From Eledone cirrhosa (lineage: Eukaryota), in assembly GCA_964016885.1 (NCBI GenBank), contig OZ024765.1, positions 22,754,001 through 22,818,000 on the forward strand: a stretch of 64,000 nt of DNA, read 5' to 3'. The number at the start of each line of letters is the position of its first letter. Position 1 is the first letter of the stretch. Of the stretch, positions 14,930-27,061 are shown in pieces. The position numbers and the translations under genes are program-made. The notes beneath the pieces were generated by a model. It saw only the letters and a program-made list of their open reading frames with translations, was not told the DNA's origin and ran no database searches.

Positions 14930-17075
14930 ATCATCATCATTTTATGCCCGCTTGTCCCTGCTTGCAAGGGTGGGACGGGTCTTATTCAGCACAGCATCTC
15001 TCCACTTATCACGGTCCTTCGTCATCTCCACCATGAGCTTCAGCAATCTGAGGTCTGTTCTCACCACCTCCGCCCATGTTTTTCGTGATCTACCTCTACT
15101 ACGTCTTCCTTCAACTGGCATTTCCTGGCTCTTCTTCACCCATCAGTCATCCTCCATGCGCATCACATGTCCATACCACCTCAGTCTCCTCTCCCGTACA
15201 CTACATTCTATCCCTCTCAGACACAGTTTCTCTCTCAACACATTTATGCTGGGTCGTTCACGCACATTTACACTGCACATCCAACGGAGCATGCTTGCCT
15301 CATTTCTCTCCAGCCGTCGCATATCCTCTGCAGTTGCTGCCCATGTCTCACTACCATGCAGCATCGCGCTCCTCACACAGGCATCATACAACCGGCCTTT
15401 CGTACGTAGGGAGAAACCCTTCTTTGTCAGCATAGGAAGCGGCTCCTTAAACTTCTTGCAACCCGTCCTTATTCTAGATACTGTGGCCTCGGAACACCCC
15501 CCTCCCATGCTAATATGATCTCCTAGGTACCGGAAGCTATCCACCACTTCTATAGCACCCTCCTGCATTTGAAAAATGTGTCTATCAATGCGACTTCTAC
15601 TGTCTAATTTCCCTGTACATCTACTGCATACGTATTTCTCCCGACCTGTTAGTTTGCCTGCTATCCCGCTACATCTCGTGTACCCAGGATCTGCATTGTG
15701 TGCATTTTATAGAATTTATGGCAGTTCCTTTTCTGCATATCGAACATGGCCATTTCCCTGATGGAATCAGAGTTTTGTCCTCTTTTCTACTCATCAACAC
15801 TTTTGTCTTAGCTAGGTTCACTCTCAGTCCTCTTGCTTCCAACTGCTGTTTCCAAAGCCAGAATTTATTCTCTAGCTCCTCTACTGATTCTGCTATAAGA
15901 ACCAGATCGTCAGCATAGAGAAGTTCCCATGGGCAGCCAGTCTTAAACTCCTCTGTTATGGCTTGGAGGATTATAATGAACAAGAGCGGGCTGAGGACCG
16001 AACCTTGATGTACTCCTACTTGTATCTGGAATTCCTCACTAAACTCCATTCCTACCCTGACTTTACTGAGAGTACCTCTGTATAAAGTTTGCACTGTCCT
16101 CACAAGCCATTCCTCAACACCTAGTTTCCTTAGGGACCACCAGATGACAGATCGGCGCACCCTATCAAAGGCCTTCTCTAGGTCAACAAAGGCTAAGTAT
16201 AGTGGCTTATTCTTCTCTAAGAACCTCTCTTGTAATTGTTTCCCCAAGAAGAGGGCATCTGTTGTACTTTTCCCAGGTACAAAACCAAACTGCATCTCAT
16301 CTAGTTTGACCCTTTCTCTATTTAGTTGTGCTAATATCCTTTCTGCCACTTTCATAACCTGATCCATCAGTTTTATACCCCCTATAATTGCTCCTCTCCA
16401 GAGCGTCCCCTTTACCTTTGTAGCAATTTATGAGAATACTGCTGCACCAGTCTTTGGGCATGACACCGCCATATATAGCCTGATTGATGATGCGTGCAAC
16501 CAGTTTAGTGCCTACGTCCCCTGATGCCTTCAGCATCTCAGCAACTATCCCCGATGGTCCAGCAGCCTTACCATTTTTCATTTCCTTAATCGCCTCTTGG
16601 ACCCTATATTCGTCAATCTCAATAGCTGGTCTCTCTGTCGGATCTACTGAGGGTAATTTCTCTCTCTCCCATTCGTTCTCCACATTCATCAGTCTCTCAT
16701 AATGACATTTCCAGGCCTCCTTTTTCTGATCACTCGTGACACTAAGTACACCAGCATCATTCCAAACACATTTATCTCCAACAACATCCTGATTTGCATT
16801 GACACACTGCCTTGCAATGTGGAACACCACACGCCTCTGATCTTCCCGTCGCAGAACATTGGCAAACCTCCTACTCTCAGCCTCCCTGCGTGCTAAGTAC
16901 ACCTGACATCTAGCTTCTCTCTTAGTGGCTGTATATCCTTCCCTACTCCCACCCTTTTCCAAGCCTTCCATGCTAGTCTTTTGTCTCTAATGGCCTTATC
17001 TACTGTGCTGTTCCACCACCAGGTTACTCTCTGTCTGGTTGGAGATCTGCTCCAGCCACAAGTTTCATCTATGTG
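14930..17075 (-). mobile_element. 5'-truncated, frameshifted RTE-type LINE (reverse transcriptase pseudogene)
   Basis: Overlapping - strand ORFs carry KAAGPSG, QFGF, FVDLEKAFD, GVHQGSVLSPLLF, LLYADD, a CxxC..CxxC..WVH insert, FRYLG, RRLRWYGHVMR and GRSRKTW. The element ends in an (ATG)n tail. Confidence 0.93.
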
Positions 17076-17221
17076 TTTACATAAACACTCGTATTAAGGA
17101 ATTCATGCTTTTTAAAAAAACTGTATGCAGCCTTAGGTACAGTTAACTGTAAAAAATCTCGGATTTTTCAGCTGTTAAAATTTCTTCACCTACCTCTATC
17201 TGTTTTCATATTTGAAACCAA

Positions 17222-17267
<46 letters not shown>

Positions 17268-17413
17268 ATACTTTGGGAGGGTCATGTTGCCAATAAGAAA
17301 CACACGCACCAGTTGCTTTCACTTCAATTTATTATAATAAATTTATAAATTTAGGAATTTATAAATTTCCGGTTGGTTGGTTGGTTCCACAACCAGATGG
17401 TTGTTTATATATT

Positions 17414-17456
17414 GTCAAAGTTCTTTCGTCACACATTCTGTGACCTCTTCAGTGAC
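17414..17456 (-). ncRNA. Putative minimal type-I hammerhead ribozyme (Penelope-like remnant)
   Basis: - strand reads GUCA-CUGAAGA-GGUCACA gaaug UGUGAC-GAAA-GAAC-UU/UGAC. Stem I is 4 bp, stem II is 6 bp. Confidence 0.5.
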
Positions 17457-17509
17457 TGGATTCTTTTCTTTGTTTTTGTGCCTCTCCTTTGTTCTGTCCT
17501 ACGCCATTT

Positions 17510-17562
<53 letters not shown>

Positions 17563-17689
17563 AATGTACCCCCAACATTTGTGATCCCAGTTATTCTCGC
17601 AATTTTCCTTAGAACATAATTAATAATTGTTTGTGGAAACCATTGCATATTCGTGATTTTTTTAATGACTTTTTTCATGGCAATATCAT

Positions 17690-17860
17690 CATCATCATCA
17701 TCATTGTTTAACGTCCATGTTCCACGCTTGCATGGGTTTGGACGGGAGTTTTCCCACTTGAGGCAAGAGTGGTTGTCTTGCTCGCATAGGACTGTCTGGC
17801 GGGTTTTCTACAGTTGGATGCCCTTCCTAACACCAACCACATTTACAGTGTGGGACTATA
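17690..17860 (-). mobile_element. 3' tail fragment of a second RTE-related retroelement
   Basis: Matches 61690-61860: (CAT)n...TTTAACGTCC...GGATGCCCTTCCTAACACCAACC. Confidence 0.75.
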
Positions 17861-18272
17861 TTTTTTAATGTTAAATTATTATAACAATATACCGTATTGG
17901 TGGCCTATTGGACGCCCTTTCGCATAAGATGGTTCCCCTTTTTTTATTATATTTTGTTATATTTTGACGTTTATAGGCATTTTTATGGACCACCTCCAAC
18001 ATTCGCGGGTGCTCTGGGAACATAACCCCCGCGAATACCAATGGGCTATTGTGTGTATGTATGTATATGATCTGGAGATCTCTCTGCACTTGTCGTCACA
18101 TGGTACCATGGGCCCAGCACTATGTGTCAATAATTGTCACAAGTGTAGTGTTTGTACCAGAGTTTTCAAGTCGCTGGCTGGACTAAAAAGTCACACTCGT
18201 TCAGCGCATCAGTAGGGGTTCTCCTACATGGATATAAAGTAGTGGCCGTACTCGAAAACGAGTTGGCAGCCA

Positions 18273-18325
<53 letters not shown>

Positions 18326-18759
18326 GGTTGATGAGTGCAGCAACATAAGAGACAGGAATTGCTTTGTGTGAGGGATAAATATTAGTTACAGATATATACA
18401 AATAAATATACTAAGACACATGGTGTATAATATTTTATTTACACAAAAATGTGAATATTTTGCAACAAATATAATTGATAAGGTTTTTATATAAATTTCT
18501 AAATTACTTATTTTTCCTATTTATGGAAAATATTTTCAGGAAACCATTTCAATATTTTTTAAATATTAAAAAACATTATACACATTAAAAACTACATTAC
18601 TTGAAATCCCATAAGTTATAAAATAAATAGGATGGGTTGGGGTCTCAATATGTAAACTACACGACTAATTCTGGTTTTAAAATAAAATCAACAGAGAAAA
18701 CCTAGAAAAATTCAATTTTTGACCCCCTTCCCTAATATTTGGGACCCATGAGTATGTAT

Positions 18760-18968
18760 TTAACCCTTTAGCATTAACATTACTCTACATTTATTATTGT
18801 ATTTTCGTGGGTTTAGCTCACATAATATCGAATCTATCAGATTTCTATGGATATCATATATTTTGAGAACAATACCTTAACATAAGTATGAGCAGCCGGT
18901 TATAGCCAGTTTGAACAGATAAAGTTGAGAGAATTCTGGCTGGTTACAGCCGGTTTAAATGTTGAAGT
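18760..18968 (-). mobile_element. About 210-bp TTAA-bounded non-autonomous element (piggyBac-like MITE), unamplified copy
   Basis: TTAA-CCCTTTAGCATT terminus. Reverse complement of 60557-61482 but with a single internal unit. Confidence 0.65.
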
Positions 18969-19367
18969 ACATGATTAAAAGTGTAACACATTTCTCTCGG
19001 GTTTCTGTTAAAATTCCTTCCAGTGTGTTTCATTGTGGCTTTTAAAATAAATATTATTGACAAAAGATTTCCTACATATTTTACAGTGTAAAAGACATTT
19101 CTCTCAAGTTTCTGTTAAAATTCTTTCCATACAGTGTGTTGCATTGTATCTTTCACCAGTTTATGAATGACAAGATAAGATTAGAAAATGATTTCCCTTG
19201 TATCTCACAATGAATCAATTTTTCTTAAGTGTGTTTTCTTTTGTGAGTTGTTAACACATCCTCAGCAACACAATATTTTCCATAGGTCTTACAATTTCTT
19301 TGCAGTGTGTTTGTTATTTTTGTGAGTTGTTAACACATCCTCAGCAACAACATATTTTAAAAAGGTC

Positions 19368-20396
19368 TCACAGTTTTTTTGCATTGTGTTTATTCTTTTT
19401 GTGTGTCGTTAAATTACTGTTAGTAACAAAATATTTCCCACACATTTCACAGTGGAAAGGTTTCTCTCCACTGTGAACTCTTCTGTGTGCTGTTAAATTA
19501 CTTTTAGAAGCAAAAGATTTCTCACAGATATCACATGAATAGGGTTTTTCTCCAGTGTGTACTCTTTTATGTCCAGTTAAGTCACTGCTTTTGACAAAAT
19601 ATTTGTCACATATTTCACAGTGATAGGGTTTTTCTCCAGTATGAGTCCGTATGTGAATAACAAGGCTAAAATTAGAAGGGAAAGATTTCCCACATATTTC
19701 ACAATCAAATAGTTTTTCTCCAGTGTGTATGATCTTGTGTCTTGTTAAATTACGGCTTCCCACAAAAGATTTCCCACAGATTTCACACGAATAAGGCCTT
19801 TCTCCACTGTGGGTTTTTCTGTGTGTTGTTAAGACACTATTAGATGCAAAAGATTTCCCACATATTTCACAATGGAATGGTTTCTCTCCAGTGTGACTTC
19901 GTATGTGGATAACAAGATGAGAATTAGCAGGGAATGATTTGCCACATGTTTCACAATGGAAAGGTTTTTCTCCAGTATGACAACATTTATGGGGTACAAA
20001 TTCAGAATCAGAATTATAAGGGAGGGAGTCTCGACATATTTCACAGTCAAGGAATTTCTCTCCAGTGTGTATTCGTTTATGTTTTTTTAAATTTCTGTTT
20101 TCGACAAAACGTTTCCCACAGATTTCACATGAATAAGGTTTTTCTCCAGTATGTGTCTTTTTGTGTCGTGTTAGTTTACAGTTTTCACCAAAAGATTTCC
20201 CACATATTTCACAATTGAAGGGTTTTTCTCCAGTGTGACTACGGACGTGGGTAACAAGGTGGTAATTAGAAGGAAACGATTTATCACATATTTGACAGCT
20301 GTGTAATTTGTCCCTCTTGTGTATTTCTTTGTGTGTGGACAGTTCGTCTTCAGTAGAGAATGTTTTCTTACAGATCTCACAGTTATAGTCAGGCAT
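19368..20396 (-). CDS. C2H2 zinc-finger protein, 12 fingers (finger 5 degenerate), about 342 aa
   Basis: Tandem CxxC-x12-HxxxH with TGEKP linkers. Likely ATG at 20396 (MPDYNC), preceded by a splice acceptor TTCTCTGTAAAG at 20414. A candidate donor (GCG|GTAAAC) lies near 21499. Confidence 0.92.
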   Translation of the reverse strand: MPDYNCEICKKTFSTEDELSTHKEIHKRDKLHSCQICDKSFPSNYHLVTHVRSHTGEKPFNCEICGKSFGENCKLTRHKKTHTGEKPYSCEICGKRFVENRNLKKHKRIHTGEKFLDCEICRDSLPYNSDSEFVPHKCCHTGEKPFHCETCGKSFPANSHLVIHIRSHTGEKPFHCEICGKSFASNSVLTTHRKTHSGERPYSCEICGKSFVGSRNLTRHKIIHTGEKLFDCEICGKSFPSNFSLVIHIRTHTGEKPYHCEICDKYFVKSSDLTGHKRVHTGEKPYSCDICEKSFASKSNLTAHRRVHSGEKPFHCEMCGKYFVTNSNLTTHKKNKHNAKKL

Positions 20397-20455
20397 GTTT
20401 CGTGGGTATCGATCTTTACAGAGAAAGCTAATATACGTCACATATTATATATATA

Positions 20456-20507
<52 letters not shown>

Positions 20508-20698
20508 TGAAGTTTCCGTTGAAAATAGAAAAAGTCATAGGAGTGAAGAGTGCTCTACGTAAGTACCAGAGCAAAATTTAATGTATAGAAACAATATAAA
20601 AGGTAATTATTTTGTATTGTTTCTATATATTATATATATATATATATATATATTGGTGCGTTATGGTCCACCTGGTTCCTTACCACATTTCCTCCGTT

Positions 20699-20746
<48 letters not shown>

Positions 20747-21024
20747 GTTATTAGAAGAAGTGTCGATTAAGAGTAAGGATCGGTTCGCATGATCAAACCC
20801 GAGCTGATCAATATGGAAACAAATTGTAATATGTAATAGTTTACAACAAGTTCAGTTCTTATTGTCACTTTATATATATATAATCAAAATGGATGCAGTA
20901 AAAGCCTGTTTAGACGATTACTCACCAGAGTAGTCGATACGATACTTGGGGTGGGAGAATGTGGTAATATGAAAGAATCGGGACCCCGACGGCTAAGTTC
21001 TTGCCGTTTCAAGTTAGTTCGGAG

Positions 21025-21066
<42 letters not shown>

Positions 21067-21964
21067 GTTAGTCTTCTACCTTTCTGTATCTATCGTTGCT
21101 GTGTTATAAGTATAACCACTACCTTCGGTCGTTTTTCTTGGTGTCACTTTTTAACTGTTGTGTTTATTCTGGACAATGTTTACCTTATCGATCCATTGAG
21201 TACTTTCTGATTGCCCCCAAAACCTCGATTAGTACCTGCTATTTGGCAGCTACAACTTCGATTCATAACTTATATATAAGGTTTGATGTTCTTAGCCTTA
21301 ATAATAATAATTATATATATATATATGTGTGTCTATAATTATTTATATATGTGTGTGTAATTATTTATATATGTGTGTGTAATTATTTATATATGTGTGT
21401 GTAATTATATATATATATGTCTATAATTATTTATATATGTGTGTGTGATGGGGTTTAGAAATGTGTGAGTGTTAATCTAAATAAATAAGGATTGTTTACC
21501 GCAAATAATAGAAAAAAGTCGACAATATTTGCTACGATGGAAACCCCAATAATTCATACTTTAGACACGAAGCCGGTGTTGATGGTAAATATTCCCCCGT
21601 CTAAATCAGACCGGTGACATCACATTTCACACATTCAGAAACATCCCCAGTCGTAATAATTCACACTTTCAAATGTATTTAATTCATGATAAATAAAATT
21701 AAACAATGACAAAATACAAAAAAAAAACATTATTTAATAAAATAAAATTACTAGTAAATAGTGTTTACGTCGTATTTGACGAAATAAATTAGTCTATTAG
21801 TTGGAAAAAAAGGATGAATATTGACAACAATGGGACACGAACACACATCTTTGGTTTGCCCGACCAATGTGCTAACCATTTACACGGCAAACCAAAGATT
21901 TGGGTTCGTGTCCCATTGTATGTCAATGTTCATCCATTTTTTCCATTCAGAGAGATTTTTTTCG

Positions 21965-22085
21965 TTCTGAGTTCAAATCCCGTCGAGGTTAACTTTACCT
22001 TTCATCCTTAAGGAGTCGATAAAATAAAGTACCAGTAATACACTGAGGTAATTGCTGGCCTTGTGCCAAACGTTTTAACAATTAT
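21965..22085 (+). mobile_element. SINE family B, 3' part
   Basis: Matches 22228-22345. Confidence 0.75.
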
Positions 22086-22163
22086 TCTATGTACTATACA
22101 TGCACCTTTGATGAAAAGTAGTGCATCTAAGCACTATACACAATAAAGAAATCATCATTATTA
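22082..22163 (+). mobile_element. Extremely 5'-truncated CR1 LINE (3' UTR stem-loop plus ATT tail only)
   Basis: ATTATTCTATGTACTATACATGCACCTTTGATG...GTAGTGCA.CT.AGCACT matches 60208-60292. Confidence 0.75.
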
Positions 22164-22164
22164 T

Positions 22165-22348
22165 TTGGCAGTATCGGTAGAGGGTCGGACGCCATGCTTT
22201 GACGCATAGAGTTACGTCCCTTTACGATCTGAGTTCAAATCCCGCCGAGGTTAACTTTGCCTTTCATCCTTACGGGGTCGATAAAATAAAGTACCAGTAA
22301 TGCACTGGATAATTGCTGGCCTTGTGCCTAAAGTAGAAACAATTATTA
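22165..22348 (+). mobile_element. tRNA-derived SINE family B
   Basis: A-box-like TGGCAGTATCGGTAG, B-box GAGTTCAAATCC, (ATT) tail. Confidence 0.85.
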
Positions 22349-22444
22349 TATAATCTTTATAAACCTTATATTTCCCTGCAATGTTTTGGTTTAATATTTT
22401 TACACAAATATAATCTTTAATCTTTATAAATCCTATATTTTCAG

Positions 22445-22579
22445 GGAAATATTCCAGTCTGTTTTCTTAGAAATAAGAAAAATAAGTGTAAAACAGTTTT
22501 GGATTATAATCACCTGACTTCACGCTACCCAGTTCAGCAGAAGATACCAGAAAAACATGATTCCATTTGGTGTCACCAG
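22445..22579 (+). CDS. ICE2: ICE2/NARG2 exon (GNIPVCF...IWCHQ), first exon visible in the window
   Basis: TTTTCAG acceptor, CAG|GTAGGG donor, open frame, phase 0 joins exon 24988. Confidence 0.65.
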
Positions 22580-22739
22580 GTAGGGACATTGTTGTCTTTG
22601 TTTCTTTGGTCCTCCCTACGGAGTGGGGGGGGGGGACAAAATACTGGGGGTCACATACAACACTCCCGTAAATGTTTCCTTTGATCCACTACAGTGGGGG
22701 ACAAAAACACTAGGGATCACACATGAGGATGATGATGGC

Positions 22740-23600
22740 AATCATCATCATCATCATCATCATCATCATTGTTTAACGTTAGCATGGGTTAGACAGGTTT
22801 GTCCCACTTGAAGTAAGTTGGGTCGGGTGACCGTGTCTCCCTCATATAGGACAGTGTCTGGCTGGATGCCCTTCCTAACACCAACCACTCTACAGTGAGT
22901 ACTGGGTGCTTTTTGTTGTGACACCTACACGACCACTTTACTGTGTGGGCTGGATGTTCTGTGGTACCAACATAACTTTACAGAGTAAGGGTGATGTGGG
23001 TGGAAGTGGGAGGGTGGTGTAGGGAGTGTGGGGTGTATATTGGATTAAGTGGTGCCTACTGATGGAGGCACATGGCTTAGTGGTTAGAGCATTGGCCTTG
23101 CAATCGAAAAGTTGTGAGTTCAATTCTCAGACCGGGTGATGTGTTGTTTCCTTGAGCAAGACACTTTATTTCACATTGCTCCAGTTTACTCAGCTGTAGA
23201 AATGAGATGATAGGGACTGGGGTCCCTATCATTCCACTGCAAAGTGGTCGTGGAGGTGCCATGGCAAAAAAGCACCCAGCACTCACTGTAAATGAGGTTG
23301 GTGTTAGGAAGGGCATCCAGCTGTAGAAATCAAGCCAGAATCAGTTCCCGTCCCACCCTTGCAAGCAGGGAAAAAGCGGACGTAAAATGAAATGATGAAT
23401 GATGATGATGAGTGTAGGTTTAAGTCCGTATGCAAGAGAAGGCGGGTCTTCTGTATTACTGCATAGTGCCAAGATCGCGATCATGTGTCATTGTCTTAGA
23501 GAGATGCAAGTGTGCAAGGTCAACTTTTATCACCTCGTCCCAGGTCTTTCTGGGTCTACTTACTCTGTAGCTTCCATCAATTTTGATCGCCCTGCTCGAT
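22740..23600 (-). mobile_element. 3' portion of an RTE-related element, split by a SINE inserted at 23063-23410
   Basis: Both halves align colinearly with 61690-62245. Confidence 0.75.
23063..23410 (+). mobile_element. Full-length tRNA-derived SINE family A with RTE-derived 3' tail
   Basis: A-box TGGCTTAGTGG, B-box GAGTTCAATTC, central CCTTGAGCAAGACACTT, tail CCCGTCCCACCCTTGCAAGCAGGG...(ATG)n. Confidence 0.9.
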
Positions 23601-23611
23601 GATGATGATAA

Positions 23612-23795
23612 TGATAATTGTTTCTACTTTAGGCACAAGGCCAGCAATTATCCCAGTGTATTACTGGTACTTTATTTTATCAACCCCATAAGGATGAAAG
23701 GCAAAGTCAACCTCGGCGGGATTTGAACTCGGATCGTAAAGGGACGTAACTATGCTGGAAAGCATGGCGTCCGACCCTCTACCGATACTGCCAAT
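23612..23795 (-). mobile_element. SINE family B, head amplified into the adjacent 45-bp array
   Basis: Reverse complement of 22165-22348. Confidence 0.85.
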
Positions 23796-24878
23796 CCACC
23801 ACCCTACCATGGGGTCTGACCCTCTACCGATACTGCCAATCCACCACCCTACCATGGGGTCCTACCCTCTACAGATACTGCCAATCCACCACCCTACCAT
23901 GGCATCCGACCCTCTACTGATACTGCCAATCCACCACCCTACCATGGGGTCTGACCCTCTACCGATACTGCCAATCCACCACCCTACCATGGCATCCGAC
24001 TCTCTACCGATACTGCCAATCCACCACCCTAGCATGGCATCCGACTCTCTACCGATACTGCCAATCCACCACCCTACCATGGCATCCGACCCTCTACTGA
24101 TACTGCCAATCCACCACCCTAGCATGGCATCCGACTCTCTACCGATACTGCCAATCCACCACCCTACCATGGGGTCCGACCCTCTACCGATACTGCCAAT
24201 CCACCAGCCTAGCATGGCGTCCGACCCTCTACTGATACTGCCAATCCACCACCCTACCATGGGGTCCGACCCTCTACCGATACTGCCAATCCACCACCCT
24301 ACCATGGGGTCCGACCCTCTACTGATACTGCCAATCCACCACCCTACCATGGCATCCGACTCTCTACCGATACTGCCAATCCACCACCCTACCATGGGGT
24401 CCGACCCTCTACCGATACTGCCAATCCACCACCCTACCATGGTGTCCTACCCTCTACAGATACTGCCAATCCACCACCCTACCATGGGGTCCGACCCTCT
24501 ACTGATACTTCCAATCCACCAGCCTAGCATGGCATCCGACTCTCTACCGATACTGCCAATCCACCACCCTACCATGGGGTCAACCCTCTACTGATACTGC
24601 CAATCCACCACCCTAGCATGGCGTCCGACCCTCTACCGATACTGCCAATCCACCACCCTACCATGGGGTCAACCCTCTACTGATACTGCCAATCCACCAC
24701 CCTAGCATGGCGTCCGACCCTCTACCGATACTGCCAATCCACCACCCTACCATGGCATCCGACCCTCTACCGATACTGCCAATCCACCACCCTAGCATGG
24801 CATCCGACTCTCTACCGATACTGCCAATCCACCACCCTACCATGGCATCCGACCCTCTACCGATACTGCCAATCCACC
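23762..24878. repeat. 45-bp minisatellite (CATGGGGTCCGACCCTCTACCGATACTGCCAATCCACCACCCTAC), about 25 copies
   Basis: Direct periodicity. The unit contains the reverse complement of the SINE B head. Confidence 0.95.
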
Positions 24879-24898
24879 GATAATGATAATAATGATGG

Positions 24899-24930
<32 letters not shown>

Positions 24931-24987
24931 TTTATGATATTGGTAATAATAATATTGATGTTGATGATGTTTATGTTTTAACCCTAG

Positions 24988-25147
24988 GTCTGCAGTGAGG
25001 ACCGTAATGCTGAAGAGTTAGCCAAGCAGTACCGTTGTGATGTTGTTCTGTCCTCAAGTGTTTTCAATTGTCTCGTCAGGAACCATTCTCCTGGTTTCAA
25101 GAACAACTGGGATATCTCTGTCATCATTAAGACCTACAATCTGACAG
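24988..25147 (+). CDS. ICE2: ICE2 exon (VCSEDRNAEELAKQYRCDVVLSSSVFNCLVRNHSPGFKNNWDISVIIK)
   Basis: AG/GT bounded. Resembles the vertebrate ICE2 motif DPNAEKL...LLNNHGPTYKEQWEIPV (recalled). Confidence 0.85.
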
Positions 25148-25449
25148 GTAAGGCCTTTAAAATTGACATCATCATCGTCACCATCATCGTCACCATCATC
25201 ATCATCATCATCATCATCACCATCATCACCATCATGGGGGGTTTAGTTTATGGTCTTTTGTCTTATTTTAGTATTTGTTCTGTTGTGTTGTTTCATTGGG
25301 TAACCCATCATCTAACCCAGAGGTTCTCAAAGTGGGTATTACCGGCTCCCAGGGGGCACTGGTGTCTAAGTGGTCGGTGGGGAGTGGTTGAGATGATATA
25401 ATACTATATAATACTATATAATACTATATCAAAAATATCAAATGATACA

Positions 25450-25796
25450 TCATCATCATCATCATCATTTCATTTTACGTCCGCTTTTCCCTGCTTGCAA
25501 GGGTGGGACGGGAACTGATTCTGGCTTGATTTCTACAGCTGGATGCCCTTCCTAACACCAACCTCATTTACAGTGTGTGCTGGGTGCTTTTTTGCCGTGG
25601 CACCTCCACGACCACTTTGCAGTGGAATGATAGGGACCCCAGTCCCTATAATCTCATTTCTACAGCTGAGTAAACTGGAGCAATGTGAAATAAAGTGTCT
25701 TGCTCAAGGAAACAACACATCACCCGGTCTGAGAATTGAACTCACAACCTTTCGATTGCAAGGCCAATGCTCTAACCACTAAGCCATGTGCCTCCA
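25450..25796 (-). mobile_element. Full-length SINE family A
   Basis: Near-exact reverse complement of 23063-23410. Confidence 0.9.
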
Positions 25797-26121
25797 TATT
25801 ATATATAAATATAAAATAAAAAATATATAATATTTATTTACACATAGTATATATTATATTATTTATTATATATAAATTAGCGATTTTATTTATTATATAT
25901 TATTTACAGTTGTGTGTAGGTCTGTCTGGAAATAGGGGTGGGGGTACTGAGGGTGTTATGTGGCCATGAGGAGGTGGGGTGTTTGAGAACCTTTAGTCTA
26001 AACCAAGCTAGCATGGACAAATATGTTAAACGGTGATGATGAAGATGATCTTGTATAATATATGTTCTGTATTGGGTATTAATCTTTATAATTATTGCCT
26101 TTATTGTATTTTTTGCTAAAG

Positions 26122-27011
26122 GACCCGATGGAGAATCCCAACACAAGGTTGTCTTCCTAAACAAACCCTTTTATCATTCATTAAACACCCGTGAAATAAA
26201 TGCAAGGTTTCACAAAGTCTCCCTTGCCAGTAAAATACTACACCCACATCACATGGACAGTTTTTCTTTTAACTGTCCCCCGGAAGTGGAAGACAGCAGA
26301 GGTGAGGTGGATGTCACCGATTTGGAGACATTTGGTGTCGGACAATCTGTGAACAAGATCTTCAAGAAAGACAAAAACAAAACCTCACAGAAGCTACAAA
26401 ATACTTCATCTGTCGTTAGTAAGGGCAGAACTGGTGAAACTACATCAAATTTATCATCTACAAATACTTTGCTACCTCTTAAACAACAAGCAGAAAATAC
26501 CAACAAAATCAATGAACAGCCTTCTTTAGAAATATCTCCTGAAGAAACCCAGCCACTAGTTGATCCTTTAGTCTCTACTGAGAAAGGCTGTTCTCGTCTT
26601 TCTGCAACACCCGCTTACAGAAAACGCTCACATGTGCAAGCTACACATTACTTTCCAGAAGAATCTACATCAGAAGACAGCGACACTTCTTCTCATCTGG
26701 TCATAAATACTGATGACAGCTCAGAGCTCTCTAACAGCTTCAACAAGATCCAGTTTAAGCAAGTATCCGATGACAGCTCAGAGCTCCCTAACAACTTCAA
26801 CAAGGCCCAGTTTAAGCAAGTATCCGATGACAGCTCAGAGCCCCCTAACAACTTCAACAAGGCCCAGTTTAAGCAGGTATCTGATGACAGCTCAGAGCTC
26901 CCTAACAACTTCAACAAGGCCCAGTTTAAGCAGGTATCTGATGACAGCTCAGAGCTTCTTAACAGCCTCAACAGTGCCCAGTGTCAGCAGGTGTCTGGTG
27001 ACACATCTAAG
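26122..27011 (+). CDS. ICE2: ICE2 exon (KVVFLNKP...REINARFHK...DVTDLETFG, then Ser-rich region with about five 19-aa repeats)
   Basis: Phase-1 acceptor matches the previous donor. DVTDLETFG resembles ICE2 DVTELETFG. Donor is AAG|GTAAGA. Confidence 0.85.
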
Positions 27012-27061
27012 GTAAGATTTTAAAGAAGGTTTCACTTTTTGTATTACAATTATTGCCTGAA

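Noticed and set aside
23063-23140. tRNA gene
   Set aside because: It is the head of a multi-copy SINE and continues into SINE body and tail.
23752-24594. 280-aa repeat ORF
   Set aside because: 45-bp SINE-derived unit, frameshifted further along the array.
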